Origin: a virus | Strand: one strand, 5' to 3' | Virus record (IMG/VR): IMGVR_UViG_3300021466_000176 | DNA length: 64,000 nt | Shown: positions 20,554 through 29,679 of the stretch, one piece after another | Layout: each line of letters opens with the position of its first letter | How positions within the stretch are numbered: position 1 is the stretch's first letter | Program-made: the position numbers and the translations under genes | The notes under the pieces: generated by a model | Database searches by the model: none | What the model saw: the letters and a program-made list of their open reading frames with translations, nothing else | Told to the model about the DNA's origin: nothing

Positions 20554-20696
20554 AGGACGAGCGCGACGGAACGATCTACAACGCCCTTGTAGAGGCAGAG
20601 GCCGAGGTTCGAATCCTCGCGCGTCGGGATTACCCTGGCGTGTAGTGTAGTGGTAGCACGCTTTCATCACGATCGTTCCAACTTTCCCTCGTCCCT
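20554..20696 (+). ncRNA. YrlA-like Y RNA: circularly permuted tRNA mimic on a Ro-binding-type stem
   Basis: Stems 20555-61/20688-94 and 20568-76/20671-79; T-arm CGAGG-TTCGAAT-CCTCG 20603-19 precedes a loop-closed acceptor-like stem 20620-42 and D-arm GTGT-AGTGGTA-GCAC 20645-59. Confidence 0.85.
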
Positions 20697-20702
20697 AACT
20701 AA

Positions 20703-20783
20703 GAACCCAGCGCGACGGATCGGATTACACCGAGCTTATCACAAAGTTCACCACCAATTTCCGATCCATATTTTCCTGGGTTC
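20703..20783 (+). ncRNA. Second, minimal Y-RNA-like ncRNA
   Basis: GAACCCAG/CTGGGTTC and GGATCGGA/TCCGATCC stems with the same CGCGAC 6x8 internal loop as the first RNA. Confidence 0.8.
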
Positions 20784-20878
20784 ACTCGATCAATAAGCGA
20801 CAGCTACCTACACCGTTTTAGAATCGAAACAGTTATACTCCTGTTGGAACGACTGAGTTAAACAGAGTGGTGAACTAA

Positions 20879-22603
20879 ATGGATTTCAATCGGACAGTCG
20901 AATCCGTCGAAGAGAAAACCCGGACGACAAACCTTGCAGGCGGGGAATCGTTCGCCCCGGACACTCCGGAAATGCAGCTATACAAGCTGACCCTCAACAA
21001 CCTACTTGAGGACACGTACTACGAGAGCGACACCGAATCCCTCTCGAAACTCATAGAAGCGTTCAACGCGGTTGCAGGGGAGAATCCGGAGTTCGTCATG
21101 AAACTCGCCGCCCATGCTCGGGAGGATATGGGGCTGCGAGAAGTATCGCAAGTCCTGATGGTTCTTGCGGCGAACGATGAGCGGACGCGGGGCACCGTTC
21201 GTGAACTCGCGCCTTACGTTTTACAGCGAGCGGACGAACCGGCGAAGTGTCTCGGGATTCAGGACTTCCTCAACGACCCCTCGGATATGAGTACCCCGCC
21301 TCCCGGATCCTCCCCACCGTCCTCGCTCCGGAAAGCGATCAGCGATTACCTCTGTACGATCGATGAATACGAGGCGGGGAAGTACCGACAGGACAACAAG
21401 GAGTGGTCACTCGTCGATGTCGAGAACGTAATCCATCCGGTCCCGGCGGAGGGAGATTCCGACTCGGATCGAGAGCGCAGAAACCGCGAAGCACTCCGTA
21501 GACTCGCTCTCGGCGATCTCGATGACTACCCAGGAGTTGATCCCCTCCGCGCTCCGGATACGCTCCAGCGCGAACGTGGCGGCTCTACGACGACAGTAGA
21601 GGAGTGGCGTCAGAGCCTCGATGACGACATGCCGCTTCGATCACGCTTGGTGAACGTCGTATCAATGCTCGAATCCGGACTCACTGGAGAGGAAATCTTC
21701 GGCGATGTGACCCAGGAGTGGGTTCAAAATAGTGGCATCTGGCCGTTCCGTTACTACCAGGCAGCGAAAGCCATTCAGGACGCGAGAGGGGCCTCACGGA
21801 ATCTTCATTCGCTACGACGCCGAAGCACGTCTATCGTCTCCCGTCCGGGTCCTATGATGGAACGTGGAACGTTCGAGAACAGCAATCAGCTAAACGATGA
21901 GTATACGATGGCGTTTCTCTCGAAGGCGATTGACCTCTCCAGTGGGTCACTATCGGATGACCTCCGGGGGACCCACACGACGGTCGATCTATCCGGATCG
22001 ATGGACGGTATGATCTCCGAGCACTCCGTGATGACCCGGAAAGAGATCGGGATGCTCTTCGGAGCGATGCTTGCCGGAAAGAACTCCGCTGTATCGGGCT
22101 TCGGTGAGTATTTCGAGTGGATAGACATCGACCCGGAAGTTCCGGTACTGGATAAAATGGCGTCGATCTTCGAAGTCGATCAGGAAGTTGGACACAACAC
22201 GAACGCGTATCTCGCCTTTGAATGGGCGACCCGGAACAACGTCTCGTTCGATCGGTTCTTCGTGTTTACTGACGAGCAGATGTGGAACAGTCGATCCCCG
22301 GGGAAATCCACTCACCCGCGCACTTCGGGACCTTCCAAACGAAGCCGGGCTCGGAGCACTGGGCGCAGACAAAAGACCTTCAACGAGGCACTCAAGGAGT
22401 ACCGCCGGGAGGTGAATCCGGAAGCGACGGTCTACGTGATCGACCTTGCCTCCTACGGTGGTCTATCGACGCCTGAAAACGCCGAAGGTGTATTCAACAT
22501 CTCCGGATGGTCCGACGACGTGTTGGACTTTATTGAGTTTGCTGAGAATCCCGGCGACCAGATCAGCGCGATCGAATCCAAGTACGGAGGTAACGATGAG
22601 TGA
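20879..22603 (+). CDS. Ro60/TROVE-domain RNA-binding protein with vWA domain
   Basis: N-terminal TROVE pattern (PEFVMKLAAHAREDMGLR, PFRYYQA), MIDAS DLSGSM and FTDEQ. Confidence 0.9.
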   Translation: MDFNRTVESVEEKTRTTNLAGGESFAPDTPEMQLYKLTLNNLLEDTYYESDTESLSKLIEAFNAVAGENPEFVMKLAAHAREDMGLREVSQVLMVLAANDERTRGTVRELAPYVLQRADEPAKCLGIQDFLNDPSDMSTPPPGSSPPSSLRKAISDYLCTIDEYEAGKYRQDNKEWSLVDVENVIHPVPAEGDSDSDRERRNREALRRLALGDLDDYPGVDPLRAPDTLQRERGGSTTTVEEWRQSLDDDMPLRSRLVNVVSMLESGLTGEEIFGDVTQEWVQNSGIWPFRYYQAAKAIQDARGASRNLHSLRRRSTSIVSRPGPMMERGTFENSNQLNDEYTMAFLSKAIDLSSGSLSDDLRGTHTTVDLSGSMDGMISEHSVMTRKEIGMLFGAMLAGKNSAVSGFGEYFEWIDIDPEVPVLDKMASIFEVDQEVGHNTNAYLAFEWATRNNVSFDRFFVFTDEQMWNSRSPGKSTHPRTSGPSKRSRARSTGRRQKTFNEALKEYRREVNPEATVYVIDLASYGGLSTPENAEGVFNISGWSDDVLDFIEFAENPGDQISAIESKYGGNDE

Positions 22604-22880
22604 ATCCGAAGAGTGGGAAACATCAATCGACGTGGAACTAACAAATGGTATCGCCTGTTTGAACGGATACGTCTCTGGGGACAATCTTAATATGTCAGCA
22701 AACGTGGTTGAGTTTAATCCGCCCGAAGAATTAGACTTGCCGAATGGCCCCCACGTTCGGTTGACGTTCAACGGGGAGGACGCACGTTCGGACGAGTGGG
22801 TAAGTGCAAGCGTCCACATGAGCGAGGAGGAGTTCGGTGATTTGGTCGCAAGTATCCAGGACAAGCCGGATACTGCCTGA
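22596..22880 (+). CDS. Hypothetical protein
   Basis: 94 aa, ATG overlaps TROVE stop. Confidence 0.6.
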   Translation: MSESEEWETSIDVELTNGIACLNGYVSGDNLNMSANVVEFNPPEELDLPNGPHVRLTFNGEDARSDEWVSASVHMSEEEFGDLVASIQDKPDTA

Positions 22881-22930
22881 GTAGTTACCTGTACTCACTA
22901 CTTATTAGCCTGGGGGGATTACCCGATTCC

Positions 22931-24463
22931 ATGCCAGAATTACGTTTCGAGAGCGAACGGGAGGAGAAAGAACGCAGAGAAGCTTCCTACGGGCTTCATA
23001 TCGCTCCATTTACGCCGGATAACATCGGGGACGGTATCGCGGAGATCGAAGACATGCGCGAAGTGGCGGGGTTGAACCGTTCAGCGTCAGGATTAGAGGA
23101 ACTCACTGGAGACGGGCAAGTCATCGTCGTAATGGATTCCGGAGTCGATGACTCACATCCGATTTTGCGAGACGTGGACGTAGGTCACGTCGATGTAACC
23201 GGATCAGGGCAGACGCGCGATAAGGTCGGTCATGGTACCGCGTGCGCTGGGTTGATCCACCAGGTCGCCCCGGGTGCGAGGATAATTTCGCTCCGTGTGT
23301 TCGATACGTCCGGGCGGACTGATGGACAGACGATCAAGCGCGCCTATCAGTGGCTCATGGATAACTCCGAGCATGTGGACGTTGTTAACATGTCTTGGGG
23401 GGCCAGTAAGACTATCCGATCTATCGATAAGTGGCACAACCAACTGAGTGATACCGGCGTTATCCCTGTCGTTTCAGCGGGTAACAGCGGTGGACCATCC
23501 GGATCCCCCGCGACCGCTGCATCCGGGTGGTCGGTCGGAGCGTGTGATGAGTTCGGCGAGATGGCCGATTTCTCCTCGTATAACCCCGAATACTCCAATC
23601 CGGAAGTCACTGCCGTCGGAAAGAACACTGTCTTACCCCGAGCCGAGAACACATCGATGGGGAAAGAAATAGAGGACATCACTGGAGTTTCGGTTCCATA
23701 TCCGGCAGTGATGGCTTCGGGAACCTCTTTCTCCGGGCCGCAAGTAGCAGCTATCGTCTCGCTTCTCCGTTCGGCCGATACCATCCGGACAAACGAAATA
23801 CTCAGTGCGCTCACCGACACTGCACGGGATATCCGCGACACTGAAACAGATGGTGAAGGGATCGTAGATTACCTCAGAGCCCGATTTCGACTCAGGCCGG
23901 AAGACCCCGAAAAACCTGAAGAGCCCGAATCCCCCGAAGAACCCGGACATCCGGAGCAGCCTGACCCCGGAGAGGAAGGGAAACCGCCGAACGTCCGTCC
24001 GCCTCGTGATGATAACTTCGGGGCGTTCGCTGAACCGATCGGTATTGAAGCGACCGGACTACAATTCAACGGCATCCATCAGTACACGGCTGATATCTAC
24101 TACGTCACTGACGGGGATTCGATGAAATGTAAGGTTTCATTTGGATTCTCTCTCACCCAACGGTGGGTGTTGCGGCTTCTCGGCGTTGATACTGCCGAAA
24201 TTTATGGAGTACCGAAGGATAGTGATGAGTATAAAGAGGGTGCTAAACACAGACAGTTCGTCCAGGATTGGGTCGAGAAAGGGAAGGAAGACTACGATGG
24301 TCACGAGGACGAAGAAGTCGAGTACCCGTTCCTTGTGAAGAGCGAAGAGTTCGGTAAATACGGAAACAGAAGGCTCGCTGTTATCAAGCGTCGATCGGAT
24401 GGGTCCGTTCTCAACCAGGCGCTGATCGATGAGTACGGTGATTCCGTCAGGTATGGAAAGTAG
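22931..24463 (+). CDS. S8 subtilase fused to C-terminal thermonuclease (SNase)-like domain
   Basis: Triad MDSGVD / GHGT / GTSFS, SAGN; Pro/Glu linker; DGDS, RLLGVDTAE, GKYGNRR. Confidence 0.8.
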   Translation: MPELRFESEREEKERREASYGLHIAPFTPDNIGDGIAEIEDMREVAGLNRSASGLEELTGDGQVIVVMDSGVDDSHPILRDVDVGHVDVTGSGQTRDKVGHGTACAGLIHQVAPGARIISLRVFDTSGRTDGQTIKRAYQWLMDNSEHVDVVNMSWGASKTIRSIDKWHNQLSDTGVIPVVSAGNSGGPSGSPATAASGWSVGACDEFGEMADFSSYNPEYSNPEVTAVGKNTVLPRAENTSMGKEIEDITGVSVPYPAVMASGTSFSGPQVAAIVSLLRSADTIRTNEILSALTDTARDIRDTETDGEGIVDYLRARFRLRPEDPEKPEEPESPEEPGHPEQPDPGEEGKPPNVRPPRDDNFGAFAEPIGIEATGLQFNGIHQYTADIYYVTDGDSMKCKVSFGFSLTQRWVLRLLGVDTAEIYGVPKDSDEYKEGAKHRQFVQDWVEKGKEDYDGHEDEEVEYPFLVKSEEFGKYGNRRLAVIKRRSDGSVLNQALIDEYGDSVRYGK

Positions 24464-24554
24464 ACTGTAGATCGAGTATCGTGGGTGACTGAGAGCACAC
24501 ATCTCCTGATAGTTAATTGGAAAATGATAAGTAGTGGAGCTACGGTAATCGACC

Positions 24555-25274
24555 ATGGACCTCGAAGTTCCGATCACGTACCACCCCGAACTTCCGGAAG
24601 GGGTGCCGCTCGTAGCGTCCTTTTCCGATGATAGGAACAGACTGAGCTATTATCTCCCACGTCTTCAGTCGATCGAAGGACTCAGAGCCCCATTAACGAC
24701 GTTAATTTCCGTCGATGGGAACTTCGATAGCTACCCAGAAATCGAATATCGGGACGCTACTCGTTTCATGCAGGATATCGGTGCTCAGACAGCTTTCGTG
24801 AGGGGAGATTACTCCTCGGGAAAATACGACGGGGACGTGGGTTCGAAAATACACTCCCAAGACCCGTATGATATCGAAACCGTCGTGCTTGAAACGCTTC
24901 GCCAGTTAGGTCGGGGGAAGAGACATCTCGGCGGACGGATAGCCATTCGGGAGTGGATCTCTCACGATCGGGAAGTCCGCTATTTCATCCGGGATGGGTC
25001 GGTTCTTTACTCCGATTCACTCGATAACGGAAACGAGTCCCCGGACTGGGTTGCTGGAGCAGTAGCGGATCACTTCTCCGATTTGGCGTGGTCGGTCGAT
25101 TTCATCCGTCATGAGCGGTCGGGTAGCTGGTATCTGATCGATATGGGGCTTGACGGACTGTATCACAACGGGACGGAATGGATTCCGATATCGGAACACC
25201 TCGATAAGAGCTATAGCCCGATACAGCACGCGGATAAAATGCCCGATCCCGACCGGTTGAAGTACCGACGTTGA
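24555..25274 (+). CDS. Possible ATP-grasp (R2K-like) protein
   Basis: FVRGD, IREWI..EVRYFIRDG, WSVDF..WYLIDMG resemble ATP-grasp motifs; tentative. Confidence 0.45.
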   Translation: MDLEVPITYHPELPEGVPLVASFSDDRNRLSYYLPRLQSIEGLRAPLTTLISVDGNFDSYPEIEYRDATRFMQDIGAQTAFVRGDYSSGKYDGDVGSKIHSQDPYDIETVVLETLRQLGRGKRHLGGRIAIREWISHDREVRYFIRDGSVLYSDSLDNGNESPDWVAGAVADHFSDLAWSVDFIRHERSGSWYLIDMGLDGLYHNGTEWIPISEHLDKSYSPIQHADKMPDPDRLKYRR

Positions 25275-25326
25275 AACCCGATGAGAGAGTAGCAAGCGGT
25301 AAGTGGTCGAACCCCCAGGTTCGACC

Positions 25327-26166
25327 ATGGGTTACTCTCTTCGGATCGGGCGTCGATCCGGTATCGAACTCGATAACAACGACCACGAGCCGATCTACAC
25401 TCGCCCGACAACCGGACTGATCCGGGATGAAGGTGAGACACACGCTGATAAGTTCCGGATGGACGCGCAGGCATCCGACCGCTCGGTAGGCTACATACAG
25501 TGGAGAACCGTTCTCGATGACTTTCCGGCGTTCGATGACCTTTGGGAAGCACTGAAGGACGAAGCTGACAGGGAAAACCTATTGTGGATCCCGGTAGCGA
25601 GCTATCCGGATGATCCCGTCGAGGATTCGATCAAGCAGGCGAACGAAGCAATACTGGAGGCCGAGGGGTCCGATCACACCTACCCCGACCCCCGCTACCC
25701 GGTCGATATACTCGATGACGATTACGATGAAATACCTGCGCCACCGGAGGTCATTAGACGTGCTCAGTCAGCACAGCGAGTGCTGTGGTTCTGTCGGTAC
25801 TCCGAGGCTGTTGAGGCGGAATTCGGGGGCGACGGTGCGTTCGAGATCCCGGGTGAATGGAGGTCGAAACCGCATTGTATTTCTGGGACCGGGGAGGAAT
25901 CGGATTCCGGACGGATGGCGTTCGACCGCATCCTCGTCCGGGACGATCACGGTTTCTTGGACGAACCCGACATCATTGAGACGGTAAATATCGGGAGTAT
26001 ATGGGATCGGTATTATGAACTAACGGTTACGGATGAGACGATCGATTCCCGACAGGAAGCGCGGGATATCGGACGGGAGTTGAAGCGTATTCTGAAGGAT
26101 TCGGCCGAGGGCACGTTCGGAACGCCCGTTGCGAACGTCTATCGGAAGTTACGGCGGAAGGTTTAA
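25327..26166 (+). CDS. Hypothetical protein
   Basis: ~279 aa acidic ORF. Confidence 0.65.
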   Translation: MGYSLRIGRRSGIELDNNDHEPIYTRPTTGLIRDEGETHADKFRMDAQASDRSVGYIQWRTVLDDFPAFDDLWEALKDEADRENLLWIPVASYPDDPVEDSIKQANEAILEAEGSDHTYPDPRYPVDILDDDYDEIPAPPEVIRRAQSAQRVLWFCRYSEAVEAEFGGDGAFEIPGEWRSKPHCISGTGEESDSGRMAFDRILVRDDHGFLDEPDIIETVNIGSIWDRYYELTVTDETIDSRQEARDIGRELKRILKDSAEGTFGTPVANVYRKLRRKV

Positions 26167-26169
26167 TTT

Positions 26170-26376
26170 GGTGGCTGTTGTAGAGTGGGATATCGTGATC
26201 CGAGGTTCCCTGGGCATTTCAAGACATAAAATGCTCAACACAATCGCTTCGCTTCTCAGCTTGAGTTTACTCTCAAGCTAAAACTCAGGGACTTCGGGAG
26301 CTTTTCAGGTTTCTCGATACCTACGATGTATTCGGTCGGTGGGAATGATCGGATGGTCGTTCTGAAGCACGCCACC
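26170..26376 (+). ncRNA. Candidate structured ncRNA heading the tRNA array
   Basis: Closing stem GGTGGC-TGTT/AGCA-C-GCCACC; inner helices AGCTTGAG/CTCAAGCT, CCCTG/CAGGG, GCATTT/AAATGC. Confidence 0.45.
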
Positions 26377-26422
26377 ACAAGCCGATACCGTGCGGCTTTG
26401 ATACTATCTTTCGAAAGTTGGT

Positions 26423-26508
26423 GAGTTCGTGTCCGAGTGGTCTAAGGAGATCGATTCAAGCTCGATTAAGGGGTTAGCCCGACGTAGGTTCGAATCCTAC
26501 CGAACTCA
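26423..26508 (+). tRNA. tRNA-Leu(CAA)
   Basis: Full cloverleaf, long variable arm. Confidence 0.95.
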
Positions 26509-26516
26509 TCGGTTGA

Positions 26517-26602
26517 AGGCGCGTGTCCGAGTGGTCTAAGGAGGTCGATTTAAGATCGACTAAGGGGTTAGCCCGACACAGGTTCGAGTCCTGTCGCGCC
26601 TA
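26517..26602 (+). tRNA. tRNA-Leu(TAA)
   Basis: Full cloverleaf, long variable arm. Confidence 0.95.
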
Positions 26603-26605
26603 TGC

Positions 26606-26689
26606 GGACGTATAGGGAACTGGTGAAACCCGAGAGGCTTAGGACCTCTGCTTACAGAAGCTTTCCAAGTTCGATTCTTGGTACGTCCA
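26606..26689 (+). tRNA. tRNA-Leu(TAG)
   Basis: Full cloverleaf. Confidence 0.93.
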
Positions 26690-26701
26690 TTGCGGTTGAG
26701 T

Positions 26702-26786
26702 GGGGATATGCCCGAGTAGACTAAGGGGCCGCGTTGAGGGCGCGGTGGTGTTAGACCTACCCGAGGTGCAAATCCTCGTATCTCCA
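26702..26786 (+). tRNA. tRNA-Leu(GAG)
   Basis: Full cloverleaf, T-loop TGCAAAT. Confidence 0.9.
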
Positions 26787-26788
26787 TT

Positions 26789-26876
26789 GCCGCCCCAAGA
26801 GGATAGGTGACCTTCGCTCGACTGCTAATTGAGTTCCCTGAAATATGGATTCGGAGTTCAAGTCTCCGGGGCGGCG
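26789..26876 (+). tRNA. tRNA-Ser(GCT)
   Basis: Full cloverleaf. Confidence 0.9.
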
Positions 26877-26909
26877 TGGCACTTTCGAAAAGTGCCTGTC
26901 AAATGACGA

Positions 26910-26991
26910 GGTGGGGCAGACACAGGTGAATCGACTCGGCTCGAAATCGAGTGCCTTAGCGGGCTTAGGGGTTCGACTCCCCTCCCCACCG
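26910..26991 (+). tRNA. tRNA-Ser(CGA)
   Basis: Full cloverleaf. Confidence 0.9.
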
Positions 26992-27002
26992 CTTGCGATC
27001 TG

Positions 27003-27089
27003 GGTACTCTGTCCGAATCTGGTAAGGGACCTGATTTGAAATCAGGTTAACCCCGAAAGGGGGTCTCGGTTCGAATCCGAGGAGTACCG
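27003..27089 (+). tRNA. tRNA-Ser(TGA)
   Basis: Full cloverleaf. Confidence 0.93.
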
Positions 27090-27091
27090 CT

Positions 27092-27176
27092 GTCGAATCT
27101 GAGCATTGGTGCGCTCACTTCGTTGGAAACGAAGCGGCGATAAACTGCCTTGAGAGTTCGAATCTCTCATTCGACG
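27092..27176 (+). tRNA. tRNA-Ser(GGA)
   Basis: Full cloverleaf. Confidence 0.93.
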
Positions 27177-27207
27177 CTTTTAATATTTCACGGGTAGACC
27201 ACACTCT

Positions 27208-27510
27208 ATGGAGAATTTAGTAACAAACCAGTATGACACGTCAGCTATCATGTGTCCTGAATGTGGAGGGGGATACCTACATCGGGGGCGGGTTGAAGTA
27301 TTCTCACGTCATCGAGAAGATGCGGATGAGGGGACACATGTCGTGGTTGATGGAAAGGAAACGACAGTCGATAGTTCCTTGGATGGGAACGTAAGCTCTC
27401 GCCGGAGTAGTGTAAAGATCACATTCGAGTGTGAGTTCTGCCGGGGAGAGACACGCACACTACGTATCAGTCAACATAAAGGGAACGAGTTCGTGTCTTG
27501 GGACTATTAG
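27208..27510 (+). CDS. Small Zn-finger protein
   Basis: CPECGG ... CEFC. Confidence 0.7.
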   Translation: MENLVTNQYDTSAIMCPECGGGYLHRGRVEVFSRHREDADEGTHVVVDGKETTVDSSLDGNVSSRRSSVKITFECEFCRGETRTLRISQHKGNEFVSWDY

Positions 27511-27513
27511 AAC

Positions 27514-27687
27514 CTATTCTTCGATTACCTTGTGTCCTTGAATCTCGACGCTAACAGTCGATGATTCCCCTCCTCCAATGATCTGACCGTGTGAGTGCTC
27601 GGATACATCGTAGTCTGTCACTTCCCATCCTTTCGCTTCGGTTGCCTGTATCATCTCCTCGACTTCAGCGCGGGTCGTTTCGCTCAT
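27514..27687 (-). CDS. Small hypothetical protein
   Basis: 57 aa acidic ORF from ATG 27687. Confidence 0.55.
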   Translation of the reverse strand: MSETTRAEVEEMIQATEAKGWEVTDYDVSEHSHGQIIGGGESSTVSVEIQGHKVIEE

Positions 27688-27878
27688 ACTATCTACCGGA
27701 TCGGATGGCGGCCACACCGATCACATTTCCGTTTTCGCGGCGAACCATCCGTTGATTGGGCTTTCACCAGCGAACGAAGCGCCCGTCCGGGGATTATACG
27801 CTTTCCTACACTCCCAACACCGGTTCCAAGTTATTCAATATAGTAATATTTATCATTCAGTTCTGAGTGTGTGCATGT

Positions 27879-28007
27879 ATGTCAGTACTGGGCTCGATCC
27901 GATTTTACGCTGATTCCGAGGATATCGAATCTATCAAACAGAACGCGGAAGCAGCGGACCTATCGATCTCCGCGTACGTCCGATCACAACTCGAAGAGTG
28001 TGAGTGA
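27879..28007 (+). CDS. 42-aa ribbon-helix-helix (CopG/MobC-like) microprotein, not in ORF track
   Basis: MSVLGSIRFYADSEDIESIKQNAEAADLSISAYVRSQLEECE. Confidence 0.7.
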   Translation: MSVLGSIRFYADSEDIESIKQNAEAADLSISAYVRSQLEECE

Positions 28008-28161
28008 TAGCCCTTCACAAGTCACACAAATGCACATAGATGCACCCAAATGAGTAACGATACAATGATTCAACGACACAAAGATACACATAACTATTTC
28101 CCGGCGGACTAATGGGTTTAATACCGGAGTTTATTTAACTCGACGAAACGTGGGTGTTGAC

Positions 28162-28986
28162 ATGTCCGAAAAGGGCGACGAGGGTAGATTCGAAGCAGTG
28201 AAATTGAACAACAGCGTTATTGTACCACTTCATCTTGATGATGACCTTATCGATGGATTAGTCGATTCGTACGGAATCGATGGAGACGGGATCTACCAGG
28301 AGGAAACCTTCTCAGAATTTTCGGTTAGTAAACATCTAAAATCAAATGGGTCGAGTAGTAGTCCAGTCATTTCAAATAATAAATTTTCTACTGAAGGTGG
28401 CGATCAACCTCTGGATGAAGATTCTGTGATGGAACTTATGAAGCGATATGCTGTCTGCATTAGAGAAGATAGATGGAGCGGTAGGCTCAAGATGGAGTGC
28501 ATATTGAACTGGTGGAGGGATATTGGAAACGATGATATGCCTGATTTAGACGACCTGGAACGTATTCAGAGAATCAGTGATAGATTATCCAGTAATCACG
28601 AAGCAATAGCTGGTAAACGAGTACACTCGGTAAAAGCGACTGATTTCACTCCGATTTTTCTTGGACATTTCAATGGTACATCAGTAGATCCGACCTCAGA
28701 ACAAGAAGTTGACTACAGTCAAACAATTATAGGAAGCATGAATGGGTTGAATGTGTCCCCTAACCTCAGAGAACAGATTGTGCTATTAGATCGGAGAAAT
28801 AGGTCGAACGGGGTTGGTTTGTGTGTAGAGCCAGTTAGGGGAATAATAGAAGACATCACTAAAAAACCAAATGAGGTTCATCAAAAAGAACTTCGGAAAC
28901 TTGTACATAAAGGTCAGGATGCGATCCGGAAATCTGAATCAGACACCAACTGTGTCTCGATTGATAAGGAAGATTTCGAAGAGTAG
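28162..28986 (+). CDS. Hypothetical protein, low GC
   Basis: 274 aa; sampled lines 35-48% GC. Confidence 0.65.
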   Translation: MSEKGDEGRFEAVKLNNSVIVPLHLDDDLIDGLVDSYGIDGDGIYQEETFSEFSVSKHLKSNGSSSSPVISNNKFSTEGGDQPLDEDSVMELMKRYAVCIREDRWSGRLKMECILNWWRDIGNDDMPDLDDLERIQRISDRLSSNHEAIAGKRVHSVKATDFTPIFLGHFNGTSVDPTSEQEVDYSQTIIGSMNGLNVSPNLREQIVLLDRRNRSNGVGLCVEPVRGIIEDITKKPNEVHQKELRKLVHKGQDAIRKSESDTNCVSIDKEDFEE

Positions 28987-28991
28987 GTAGC

Positions 28992-29189
28992 TTAGAACAG
29001 CGTAGCCTGTTCGGTCGAAATTTGTTGTTCTTTTCCATCCCGGACGTGTTCGCCGCTACAGACATAGATCCACATATCATCGCTGTATAGCTGAAAGCGG
29101 CGGTCGGCTACGTCGGCGCACATCCGGACATCGCACTGTCGATTCGACTCATAAGGCGCTTCGTATGTTCGTGGATCGATTTCGGGCAT
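28992..29189 (-). CDS. Small Cys-rich protein
   Basis: CDVRMC ... VCSGEH. Confidence 0.6.
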   Translation of the reverse strand: MPEIDPRTYEAPYESNRQCDVRMCADVADRRFQLYSDDMWIYVCSGEHVRDGKEQQISTEQATLF

Positions 29190-29195
29190 TGGAGT

Positions 29196-29675
29196 CTATA
29201 ACGGAACGAACTCCTCTCTCCACTCATCTGTATCCATCCGGTCGAACAGACAATCCGAACAGAGATACTCGTTTTCGTGCTCGATTACGCCTGCCTGTCC
29301 GCTTGGAACCCCACAATCGAAGCAGTGTTCGTCCCGATCTCGGCGACGTTTCTCGCGGGTGTCATCGACGTAGAACAAGTCGAAATCGCCGGGTGTCGGA
29401 TTGGTCGTTCCGGATCGTACCTTGTGTTCGCTGGTCGTCCGGAGGGTCGGATAGTCGGCGAAGTCCTCGATTCCTCGGGTTTCTCTGATCCATTCCTCTT
29501 GGCAGTAGAGATCGCAGGTCTGTGCCATACCGACGACCTCTCCCCGTTGTCCGCGCGGAGGGCCGACTGAACCGACCGAGATATCGATGAGATCGGTCCG
29601 GACGTAGTGGTAGGGTACCGGATGCCCGCAACCATCGCACTCGTACCAATCGCTCCACATTCCTCGTGGTGTCAT
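29196..29675 (-). CDS. Multi-Zn-finger protein
   Basis: CDGCG, CDLYC, CFDCG, CSDC. Confidence 0.65.
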   Translation of the reverse strand: MTPRGMWSDWYECDGCGHPVPYHYVRTDLIDISVGSVGPPRGQRGEVVGMAQTCDLYCQEEWIRETRGIEDFADYPTLRTTSEHKVRSGTTNPTPGDFDLFYVDDTREKRRRDRDEHCFDCGVPSGQAGVIEHENEYLCSDCLFDRMDTDEWREEFVPL

Positions 29676-29679
29676 CGTG

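Noticed and set aside
20341-20670. 109-aa minus ORF
   Set aside because: Antisense to the Zn-finger gene and Y RNA; artefact of the structured RNA
20554-20696. Conventional tRNA gene or pseudogene
   Set aside because: T-arm precedes D-arm, acceptor is loop-closed and there is no anticodon arm; fits permuted Y RNA instead
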